Below are positions 53,161-61,010 of a DNA stretch of 64,000 nucleotides, one piece after another. The position numbers and the translations under genes are program-made. This stretch comes from a virus (lineage: Duplodnaviria > Caudoviricetes), in the IMG/VR virus record IMGVR_UViG_3300020049_016712, positions 22,006 through 86,005 of that record; one strand, given 5' to 3'. The notes under the pieces were generated by a model. That model did not search any database, was not told where the DNA came from, and worked only from the letters and a program-made list of their open reading frames with translations. How positions within the stretch are numbered: the stretch's first letter is position 1; each line of letters starts with the position of its first letter.

Positions 53161-54296
53161 CAGAATAATCCCAACTGCTCGGAATCGCGACCCATGCGGT
53201 CCACCTCGGCAGCGATCAACTGGCGCGACTCCTCGGCATACTCTGGATTCAGCTCAAAGCCAGTGTAGGCCCTTCCCAAGCGCACGGCAACTATTCCTGT
53301 AGTTCCAGACCCCGAGAACGGGTCGAGGACCATACAGGGCCGCACAGGGGCCCCACAGGCGCACCCAGCCTCCCAGCCCACCGTCTTGCGCTCCCGCAGG
53401 CCCGCCAAAATGCGGCGCTTGAGGTCTGAGGGGCTCTCTTTGCCCTTCGGTTGCGGCCGCTGGGTCTTTCCCCCATAGCCTCCGTCGGAGTTCCCTCCAC
53501 AGGCCTTCTGCGCCTCGAGAGATGGTTTCCCGCGTTGCACGATCCTGCGATAAGGTTCGCCACACTCTGAACAGCATCCGGCCGCGCTCGAACCAGCCGC
53601 GATGCACCGGCGCGCAATCTCGTCGGGATAATCGGCAAAGTGCAACTTCGACCGTCGCTGCCGATTTGTCGGGATGCGCCAGACAGACCGCAATCCCGAA
53701 CCCAGAGGATGCGTAATCGGTTTCGAGCACTTGCGATACCCTTCGGCCCACCGCTCAGCATCGGCTCCTTTGTTCGAGCCCAGAGCCGCCTCATACTCCT
53801 CCCAACTCGACTCCTGGCCAGTCTTGATTCGACCACCATCATGGTCCCAAAACGAATCCCGACTCTTGCCGAATTGAAAAATATACTCGTGCGCAATCGC
53901 CGAACGTCCACGGTCGGGCTCGGGAATCGAGTTCGGCTTATGCCAAATATTATCGCACTTCAACTTCCAGCCGCGCGCCTGAATCGCAAACGCCAGTCGC
54001 CAGGGCGCTCCGAACAACTCCTTGTTCTTGATTTTGTCGCCACAGTTGACGAATGTCAACCCGCTCGGATGGGTCGCCCTCAGAATCTCGGCATACAAAT
54101 CGGCTAACCGCTCAGCCCACTCCTCGACCGACCGTTCCCAACCAATCTCCAGAGCCTTATCATCGTGGTCTGTTGGCAGGTAATGCCGCAGCCAGAAATA
54201 CGGCACCGAGGTCACCGACAAGTGGATCGAATTATCCGGCAACTCGCGGGCCAGCGTCAACGCATCGCCGCATAACACGCGCCAATCAGGATTCAT
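53160..54296 (-). CDS. N4-cytosine/N6-adenine DNA methyltransferase (beta class)
   Basis: TSVPY catalytic variant, IWHKPN, HEYIFQF, VLDPFSGSGTTG, GFELNPEY. Confidence 0.9.
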   Translation of the reverse strand: MNPDWRVLCGDALTLARELPDNSIHLSVTSVPYFWLRHYLPTDHDDKALEIGWERSVEEWAERLADLYAEILRATHPSGLTFVNCGDKIKNKELFGAPWRLAFAIQARGWKLKCDNIWHKPNSIPEPDRGRSAIAHEYIFQFGKSRDSFWDHDGGRIKTGQESSWEEYEAALGSNKGADAERWAEGYRKCSKPITHPLGSGLRSVWRIPTNRQRRSKLHFADYPDEIARRCIAAGSSAAGCCSECGEPYRRIVQRGKPSLEAQKACGGNSDGGYGGKTQRPQPKGKESPSDLKRRILAGLRERKTVGWEAGCACGAPVRPCMVLDPFSGSGTTGIVAVRLGRAYTGFELNPEYAEESRQLIAAEVDRMGRDSEQLGLF

Positions 54297-54462
54297 CGAA
54301 ATCCACCCTGCCTACCAGAAACATCGCAGGCCGGATGTCCAGAGCAATGCAAACACGCATCATCATCTCCAGCGTGAAGTTCGTACCATCGAGGAATCGA
54401 CGCAGTTCGCGAGGCTTGCAACCAACTCGGCGCGAACATCATGAATCCGCAAATACCCGGCA

Positions 54463-55224
54463 TCATTCCGATGCGCATCCCCGAGCCAGGTCGTCGATGG
54501 TCAGGCGCGCCAGGATGGAGTCTCGACACTCGGCCGGCATGGCGCGCAACTCGGACAATATCCAATTTCCATACTCGCCCAGGTCATCAGGCACGAAATC
54601 TTTCAGGTCGCCAGCGAGAGGTTTCAGGTAAGTGCTAGGATGGCGCAAAAACTCCTCCAGGACCTTGCATTCAACCCCAACCCCAACCAGTTCGACTGGC
54701 TTGTCTCCAGGGCCCATAATCGGACCACTCCAGCCACCTCCGACGCCAGGATTCGAGATGGTCGAGAAAGCCGCGCGCCTCCCCAGCGATTCCGCGAAAT
54801 TGCGCTCCACCTGATTGAGCGCATGCAAGCGCACCTGGCCGCCAACCCGTCTGGCAATCTGCAATCCCGCGAAAAACAAACTCGAGTCCGGGGCTGGCAG
54901 CCACGACCCGTCGCAACCCATTGCCGGGCCGATGCGCAATCGGTAACCCATCATGCGCAAGCCATCCACGCTCATGTTCGTGTATCCGAACACCTGCTGG
55001 CATAGTAGTTGAACCTGATTCAACAATGCCTTGGGAAATTTCCAATGCTTGCTAGACTTATCGAAGTCGCCGCCAAGGGAGCGCGCCAATCCTGCCAATT
55101 CAGGATGGTATGGCGAGCGCAAGTCGATAAAACCTTGCGAATTCCAGATGTCCACGCTCGGCAACATGTTGGCCAACGCTTGCATTTTCTGCTTGTCCAT
55201 CAGTCGACCTTTTTCCACATCCAC
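54463..55224 (-). CDS. Hypothetical protein with HARP-like N-terminal domain
   Basis: IDLRSPYHPELAGLARSLGGDFDKSSKHWKFP pattern. Confidence 0.55.
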   Translation of the reverse strand: MDVEKGRLMDKQKMQALANMLPSVDIWNSQGFIDLRSPYHPELAGLARSLGGDFDKSSKHWKFPKALLNQVQLLCQQVFGYTNMSVDGLRMMGYRLRIGPAMGCDGSWLPAPDSSLFFAGLQIARRVGGQVRLHALNQVERNFAESLGRRAAFSTISNPGVGGGWSGPIMGPGDKPVELVGVGVECKVLEEFLRHPSTYLKPLAGDLKDFVPDDLGEYGNWILSELRAMPAECRDSILARLTIDDLARGCASE

Positions 55225-55718
55225 ACAGATTCTGAGTCATCAATCCAGAACGCGACAGATTTGATTTTGGAGCAAACCAAAAAACCATCATCGAGAACCT
55301 TCACGCTTCGCATAGATCTTGGTTCTCCCATATCAATCAATCCCAAATCCTGAAGTCCGATCATGTTCTGGCGCACATTGCTAGCGCTTAATCCACAAGC
55401 CGTTCCAAGGTCTCGCATAGTCGGAGAACACTTTTTCTCCCCCCAGTAAAACTCCAACATCTTTAGGATCTCTTCTTTCCTTGGCGAAAACGACGGACGC
55501 TTTGGTTTCAACCGTTTGGCCGCCCGACTCGTGGGGGGAATTCGGACGCCACTTTTGCGCAACTTAGACAAATGGTAATGAACATTTGAGGTCGCGCACT
55601 CTAGAGATGATGCCAGTTCGGCCAGTGGAGGAAGAGCATCTGGACAGAGGTTGATAATCTCAAGCAAACGCTTTCTTAGTTCTCGACCAGAATCAATTGT
55701 GCACTTCCGATTCATCAC
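55200..55718 (-). CDS. Tandem winged-HTH, LexA-like repressor (no peptidase domain)
   Basis: PPLAELASSLEC...VHYHLSKL and RKEEIL...SPTMRDLGTACGLSASNVRQNMIGLQDLGLI. Confidence 0.75.
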   Translation of the reverse strand: MMNRKCTIDSGRELRKRLLEIINLCPDALPPLAELASSLECATSNVHYHLSKLRKSGVRIPPTSRAAKRLKPKRPSFSPRKEEILKMLEFYWGEKKCSPTMRDLGTACGLSASNVRQNMIGLQDLGLIDMGEPRSMRSVKVLDDGFLVCSKIKSVAFWIDDSESVWMWKKVD

Positions 55719-55724
55719 TAAACT

Positions 55725-56792
55725 TCACTCCGCACAAGCGTTTCTGTAAGCGTTGACCAGAAATCTAGTCAACAACTGAATATCCGAAGACGTGTTCTGC
55801 AGTTTATTCCACTGACGTCCAAACTCCCATTCTCCCTCTGTCCATTTGCACAAGTCTGAAATCTTGGCAAACTCCTGATAAAACGAACCGCTCTTCGAGA
55901 CTTGGATCTTGTAGTCGATAGCGTCCATGACGAAACCGAGAGATACGATTCCGACCCCGTGGACCAATCTGCTCTTGCGAGGAACAAGACCCCATGCCTC
56001 CGGGAATCGGCAAGCGACAACCCCCCAAAACTCCTCTAGGAGTTTCCTCATCTTTTCAACATCGCCCCACCCGGAATCATCCCGGAACCTGTATAACGCG
56101 CCATCGCTAAGACTGTTTTCGATCATCCTCAGAACAGAATTGTCTTTGATGGTTCCGTCGGGATTAGTTATCGTCTTGATTTTTCCGGCAAACGGCGAGT
56201 CGTAACTGGTGTTCAATTCCTCGAGAATCGCGGCTGGAAGTTTCTTCTTGCGAAGCGCTGTCGGCAGAGCAGAGTCTGTGCCAGGGAGCAACTCATAAAT
56301 CAGTCCGCGTGGCAGCGGTTTGGTAGAGTTTACCAGGATGAACTGCTCTCGCTGGTCGGACTCATCTCGGGCTATAAAAGCGTTAACGCATACCGGGAAA
56401 GAGGATACCGAGGATTCCCTAACCGCTGCCGCTCGCTGTTGCCCGTCGACTATCCATCCGGGCTTAGGATCGGTTATGGGGATATGGATATTCCCGGTGA
56501 CCGAATGATCGCCGTAGACACCAGTAGGAACAAACGAGACGCTTGAGTCAAACGCAATTACAATAGAGTTGGGCAAAATTGGGTCCGCGCTTTCCAAGTA
56601 GGCCTTGATTCCGGCCACATGCGATCTCACCTCGGGGCGCTGGTACCCCGAAATCTCATGATCCTCCCTGTGAATCCTGCTCACATCAGAGAAGTCGCGC
56701 AACCTCTTCCCGTCCACAGAGAAACTGTAAACCATACGGTCTCCCTGGCGGGTTTCCAGAGCCGGTAAAACCAAAACTTTCCCGTCATCCAT
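55725..56792 (-). CDS. dpdB: DGQHR-domain protein, DpdB-like
   Basis: GYQR, LPNSIVIAF, WIVDGQQR, QFILVNSTKPLPRGLIYELLP, IKDNSVLRMIENSLSDGALY. Confidence 0.8.
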   Translation of the reverse strand: MDDGKVLVLPALETRQGDRMVYSFSVDGKRLRDFSDVSRIHREDHEISGYQRPEVRSHVAGIKAYLESADPILPNSIVIAFDSSVSFVPTGVYGDHSVTGNIHIPITDPKPGWIVDGQQRAAAVRESSVSSFPVCVNAFIARDESDQREQFILVNSTKPLPRGLIYELLPGTDSALPTALRKKKLPAAILEELNTSYDSPFAGKIKTITNPDGTIKDNSVLRMIENSLSDGALYRFRDDSGWGDVEKMRKLLEEFWGVVACRFPEAWGLVPRKSRLVHGVGIVSLGFVMDAIDYKIQVSKSGSFYQEFAKISDLCKWTEGEWEFGRQWNKLQNTSSDIQLLTRFLVNAYRNACAE

Positions 56793-56946
56793 TATGTTTC
56801 CTTCTGCTCCTTTATCTCATTTGGTCGACTCAACTTGTATCCATCAGAAGTCAACCACTCGTGGCGCTTCTCGCAAAAATGATGAACACATTTCAAATAT
56901 TGCTTATAGTCGTCTAGCGACATGGATAGGATCCAGCATCCATCCA

Positions 56947-57312
56947 TCAGGCATGATTGGCACCCTGTGGAGCATCCTCTGCACTCGGAGGAAGGCCATA
57001 GGTGGGCTCTACCAAACGCTTCCCTGCCCGAATGTAGGACACATAAGATGGCGTAATCCCGAACCGCTCGGCAACCTCGGTCGTGGTCAAATTCGTCGAA
57101 CTCAACAGAGCACGAATCTCCTCGGCCTTCTCAAAATCGACCTTCTGCCGCTCCTCGGGCTCGATGTCGAAATGCGCGTAAATCAGATTCCGCACCCAGG
57201 CAGAACGGCCATACTCGCGCCCGCCAGACCCAGGATTCTTTCGGACCTCATCATCAATCAACTCCAGCACCTCGTGCGGAACACGGACTCCGATCATCGG
57301 TTCTCTAGCCAT
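56947..57312 (-). CDS. Ribbon-helix-helix plus HTH regulator
   Basis: MIGVRVPHEVLELIDDEV...RSAWVRNLI (RHH); TTTEVAERFGITPSYVSYIRAGKR (HTH). Confidence 0.75.
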   Translation of the reverse strand: MAREPMIGVRVPHEVLELIDDEVRKNPGSGGREYGRSAWVRNLIYAHFDIEPEERQKVDFEKAEEIRALLSSTNLTTTEVAERFGITPSYVSYIRAGKRLVEPTYGLPPSAEDAPQGANHA

Positions 57313-57393
57313 CTCGTCTCCTCCAAACTTGTCTCCAATTGTCTTTCGTTATCAGTTGTCAAACCCCTTCCTGTAAACCTCCTGCTTAGAGGC

Positions 57394-57463
57394 TACCTCG
57401 CAACCAAACCTTCCTCCACAATCGAAGGGCCTCAAGCCCCACCAGCCTGGTTGCTCTTCCCTG
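57394..57463 (-). repeat. Dispersed intergenic repeat, copy C
   Basis: 57394..57433 is nearly identical to 38200..38238. Confidence 0.8.
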
Positions 57464-57577
57464 CAGACCACGGGCTCAAGTGCACCGGTTGGCGTCTAGT
57501 CGGGCCGATAAGCGCAACTGAGCACAGGTATGCGTCTGTTTGGTTGCGAAAAAAATTGAACTGGCGTCCCTCGTTGA

Positions 57578-58195
57578 TCACAAGCCCACCTCGTTTTGGG
57601 ACTGGCTCTTTCGATAACGCAGGTAATCCATCAGGGCGTAAACCTTATCGAGAATGGCCCGGTTCGAACTCGATACCCTGTCGTGTCTTCTTCCCGCAGC
57701 CTCCGACTTGGATTTCTGCTCCGACAGAATTTCGGCAGCGCGCGATAGGGTGTCGACCAGGGACCGACATTCATCCGTTTGGACGAAATCCACAATCTCG
57801 AAATCTTCCATCGCGGCCAGCTGCTTCGAGGCCTCATCGGCCGCAAACTTGAGACCATCAACGTCGGCGCGCAAGCCATCGACCCGATCCTGCAACTGGA
57901 GCAACTCGTCGAGATGCTTCTTCAGGCGCGGCTCGATGGCCAGCACTGACTCATAGGCATCGCGAGGGAATTCGTCCCATCCATTCCAGTGCTGGGATAC
58001 GGATTGAGGAAATTCCTTGTGCCCGAATCTACTTTTCCCATGCCATCGGCGCACCAGCCCGGCAACGCGGTTCCTCTTGCCGCAAGACTCCTTTATGGCC
58101 GCGTTCAGGTCGGATTGCATCTTCTCCAACCCAGCGTTCAGGCTTTTGGCCTGCTCGAATACCTCTTCGTACGTCATTGCTGTTTTGACTCCCAT
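57578..58195 (-). CDS. Coiled-coil hypothetical protein
   Basis: Heptad-rich, 205 aa. Confidence 0.65.
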   Translation of the reverse strand: MGVKTAMTYEEVFEQAKSLNAGLEKMQSDLNAAIKESCGKRNRVAGLVRRWHGKSRFGHKEFPQSVSQHWNGWDEFPRDAYESVLAIEPRLKKHLDELLQLQDRVDGLRADVDGLKFAADEASKQLAAMEDFEIVDFVQTDECRSLVDTLSRAAEILSEQKSKSEAAGRRHDRVSSSNRAILDKVYALMDYLRYRKSQSQNEVGL

Positions 58196-58692
58196 CTATT
58201 CTTCATCCTCGTTAGGTGCTCGAACACCTTCGGAGCAGTTTCGTGAATCTTGTTTCCTTCGAGTCGTGGGCACTCGGGCAGGATCTCGTTAATCTCGGCC
58301 AGCAGGGCGTATACCCGCTTGAACTCGTCTGTTCCGGGCAAATTATCGCTGCCAACATACTGGTCAGAATCCCGGTCCACAAATGGCATTGCATCCCTTG
58401 CCGCAACCTTGATTTGGTCATGCAACGCCCGAAGACTCCAAATTGGGTCTTCCGGTCCCACGAAGGCTGAGTCCTCGCTCCAACCATCGCCGAGGTCAAC
58501 GATCCTGGCGTTACACGGCCCACCCTGAAACTGGATTCCGTCTTCATCCGTGTAGGTCATGATCTCGAAAGTGTCAACCAGCGAGTCCAGTCGACTCGCT
58601 TCGGCGTCCAGGGAATTTTCTTGCAGATGCGCAACCATTTCTCTCAAATCGGAAATGGTTCGGCGCATTGCGCACACTTGCTCAGGTTCCAT
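58174..58692 (-). CDS. Hypothetical protein
   Basis: Start revised to MEPEQV after the leader AAACGAAACGGAGCAAACAAG. Confidence 0.7.
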   Translation of the reverse strand: MEPEQVCAMRRTISDLREMVAHLQENSLDAEASRLDSLVDTFEIMTYTDEDGIQFQGGPCNARIVDLGDGWSEDSAFVGPEDPIWSLRALHDQIKVAARDAMPFVDRDSDQYVGSDNLPGTDEFKRVYALLAEINEILPECPRLEGNKIHETAPKVFEHLTRMKNRWESKQQ

Positions 58693-58727
58693 CTTGTTTG
58701 CTCCGTTTCGTTTTCTGGTCTCCAAGC

Positions 58728-58756
58728 ATTATTACACAAACGTTAACAGTTGTCAA
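58728..58756 (-). promoter_or_regulatory. Sigma70 promoter with embedded GTTAAC box (copy 7 of the set)
   Basis: TTGACA-ACTGTTAACGTTTGTGT (17 nt)-AATAAT. Confidence 0.8.
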
Positions 58757-58763
58757 CGCCTGT

Positions 58764-59129
58764 TTAAACACCTGTTTCAGATCCGCCTGCATCGGCATCT
58801 TGGTCGCCCTCTTCCTCGCGCCGGTTCGCGTCGAACATTGCCGCCGCTCGGTAGATGTCGCGCAGGTCTCCCAGAGGCTTGGCCAACCCCAACCTCTTGG
58901 CCAGCGTCTCGACACGGCGACAGGCGTCCATCAACTGCACGGCCACCAGATTCCGGTATTCGTCGGGATCGTATTGCACCGCCATGCACTCTCCAACACC
59001 TCGGCGCGTCTGGAATTGACCATTCTCGGTAATCCAGCCGCGCTCGATTCGTTTTCCGCCAAGGGCATGGGTGACGACCTCTACGGGAATACGCCGAGGT
59101 TTTTTGCTTGTGGTCTTGATTTTCTTCAT
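58764..59129 (-). CDS. Hypothetical protein
   Basis: Start MKKIKTT (ATGA overlap). Confidence 0.6.
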   Translation of the reverse strand: MKKIKTTSKKPRRIPVEVVTHALGGKRIERGWITENGQFQTRRGVGECMAVQYDPDEYRNLVAVQLMDACRRVETLAKRLGLAKPLGDLRDIYRAAAMFDANRREEEGDQDADAGGSETGV

Positions 59130-59539
59130 TCTTCTACTCCTAAAAACCAGTGCAGGCCATACTCTCCACGCATCCCGTTCGGAAGCAGTCGGTAAATGCT
59201 CAGAACGTGCCGAATCGGAATAAACTCCGCGTTCTCCCACGAGTAAACCGTCGTTGGCTGAAGGCCTGCCACCTTGCTGAACTGAATGACGTTGATTCCC
59301 TCTCGGATCCGGGCCTTCCTGAACCGCTGTCCCATCGTGGACTCGGGCAGGTCGAGGAAATGGTCGAACGGCTTACCCAGAGCGATGGCCCAATTCCTCC
59401 GGGTTAGTTCGGAGGCGTTCAGATGGCCGTTCTCATAGAGGGAAATCGTGTTCACCGGCCTCCCGATCCGCCTCGACATCTCCTTTTGGCTAACACCGGC
59501 CTCGATTCGAGCCGCGCGCATCAGTTCACCAATGCTCAT
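59126..59539 (-). CDS. Double XRE-HTH regulator
   Basis: Two repeats: LMRAARIEAGVSQKEMSRRIG...ISLYENG and FRKARIREGINVIQFSKVAG...VYSWEN. Confidence 0.85.
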   Translation of the reverse strand: MSIGELMRAARIEAGVSQKEMSRRIGRPVNTISLYENGHLNASELTRRNWAIALGKPFDHFLDLPESTMGQRFRKARIREGINVIQFSKVAGLQPTTVYSWENAEFIPIRHVLSIYRLLPNGMRGEYGLHWFLGVEE

Positions 59540-60066
59540 TCCGACAACTCCTTCAGGATTTTGACAGACCTGGCCTTGATTCCCGGCCACCTTTCGATCA
59601 GGAACATCCAGGCTAACAATAGCGACGGGAACGGCTTGCGCCGCTTCTTCGTAATCGGAGTCGCTAGATACGCGCCATCGGAATCCGACCAGATGATTTT
59701 TCCAATCTCGCTGCCCTCGTAATAGGCCGCATAGACTCCCGTTCGCAACTCCTCGATTCCGTACTTGGTACGCCCGATACCGGAGAACAGAACCAGGCCA
59801 AGCAACCTCTCCAGTTCCATTGCCCGGCTTTCAGATTTCGCTCGAGCGGCGCGCAACTCACGAACATACTCTTGCTGCTGGTGGACGAAATCGTTCATCC
59901 TGGCGTATTCGTCGATGATGCGAAAATGCTCGTGGCAAATCGCCTTGGCAACGGTCTCATGGTCGGCATTCATCCAGGCCATGCGCAACTCCAGTTGCCG
60001 AAATTGCATTTCTGGCAACTTCGGCAACGGCATCATCTGGCCCCCTTCTCCGTATTTCTCGCGCAT
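59536..60066 (-). CDS. Hypothetical protein
   Basis: Coupled operon member; ends VKILKELSE. Confidence 0.6.
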   Translation of the reverse strand: MREKYGEGGQMMPLPKLPEMQFRQLELRMAWMNADHETVAKAICHEHFRIIDEYARMNDFVHQQQEYVRELRAARAKSESRAMELERLLGLVLFSGIGRTKYGIEELRTGVYAAYYEGSEIGKIIWSDSDGAYLATPITKKRRKPFPSLLLAWMFLIERWPGIKARSVKILKELSE

Positions 60067-60068
60067 GG

Positions 60069-60530
60069 CTAATGCTGTCTTTCCGGGCCACGGTAGTAGT
60101 CGGCAGGCGAGTCATGCTCAGATTTGGAGCGCATCGGAACCCTCCAATGCTCAGACAGCCGCTTGACCTGCGCGCCCGTGCGCTTGCCCTTTTTGCCATC
60201 CCAGGCGGGAATCTGATACATGGGCGCCTGCTTGGGCTTGAGGTCCGTCAGCCGGAACCCAGAATCATCGTCGACGAGAATCCAAGTGCGAGGCGAGCCG
60301 TCTTCCCGAGTGCCCGCCAAACGGCCCAGGCAGGTCCCAGGATTCGTTCCGTCTTCTAGTGGGACCTGGAAGGTGCCCGGTATCTGCAATTCGTTCCAGG
60401 CGGCCTCCAGGGGCCCCTGAAGGGCCTCTCGCATCTCCTCGGTTCCCGACCATCCATAATGGTCGGCAAACTCCGACCACAGCTCAACAGGGGTTGCCCC
60501 CTCCAGGATTCTTTTCTGCAAGCTATTCAT
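60069..60530 (-). CDS. Hypothetical protein
   Basis: SD GGAG; ATG ORF. Confidence 0.6.
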   Translation of the reverse strand: MNSLQKRILEGATPVELWSEFADHYGWSGTEEMREALQGPLEAAWNELQIPGTFQVPLEDGTNPGTCLGRLAGTREDGSPRTWILVDDDSGFRLTDLKPKQAPMYQIPAWDGKKGKRTGAQVKRLSEHWRVPMRSKSEHDSPADYYRGPERQH

Positions 60531-60590
60531 TTCTTCTTCTCCATTTCTGCCGAGCAGTGATCTTGCTCATATCGTTTGCTCCACTCCTCA

Positions 60591-60721
60591 GTTCTTCGGT
60601 GGCGCCACCAGGTCGGGCAGGCGAGGTCATGGTTGGGAGGCAAGGAACGGAACAAACGTATCGCCGCGCTCAACACTCCGCCAGCCTGCAACTCGGGCAC
60701 CTGGTGGCGCCACCGAAGAAC
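60591..60721 (-). ncRNA. Candidate structured RNA bounded by a perfect 23-bp inverted repeat
   Basis: 60591..60613 is the exact reverse complement of 60699..60721; internal complementarity; contains the antisense of the early-gene leader. RNA status is inferred. Confidence 0.5.
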
Positions 60722-60745
60722 CGCAAAGGGCCTTAGCCCCCTGCG
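60722..60745 (-). terminator. Hairpin without U tract after the 63-aa gene (attenuator-like)
   Basis: GCAGGGGGC-TAAG-GCCCTTTGC. Confidence 0.4.
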
Positions 60746-60754
60746 AATCGGAAA

Positions 60755-60946
60755 TTACTTGAGTTCCTCGATTAGGCTCGAGGCCTCGGAAACCGTCAGG
60801 CCTTTCAGCCAGTCCTCAACTTTACCCGAACGCTCGCGCATCGAGGCGCCGAGCTTCTTGAAGCTGGCGTCCATATACCGGGTCGAATACCCGGCTTTAC
60901 CAAGGAGGACCATCAGGTATGATACTTGCTTGCTAGTGGCTTTCAT
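60755..60946 (-). CDS. Small helical hypothetical protein (63 aa)
   Basis: ATSKQVSYL...LTVSEASSLIEELK; full conserved leader and promoter upstream. Confidence 0.8.
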   Translation of the reverse strand: MKATSKQVSYLMVLLGKAGYSTRYMDASFKKLGASMRERSGKVEDWLKGLTVSEASSLIEELK

Positions 60947-60981
60947 CGTTCGTTGCTCCGTTTCGTTTGCTCTGATAACTC

Positions 60982-61010
60982 ATTATTGCACAATGGTTAA
61001 CCGTTGTCAA
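60982..61010 (-). promoter_or_regulatory. Sigma70 promoter with embedded GTTAAC box
   Basis: TTGACA-ACGGTTAACCATTGTGC (17 nt)-AATAAT. Confidence 0.82.

Noticed and set aside
56794-57852. 352-aa plus-strand ORF
   Set aside because: Overlaps the clear RHH-HTH gene and repeat C; low-information composition.
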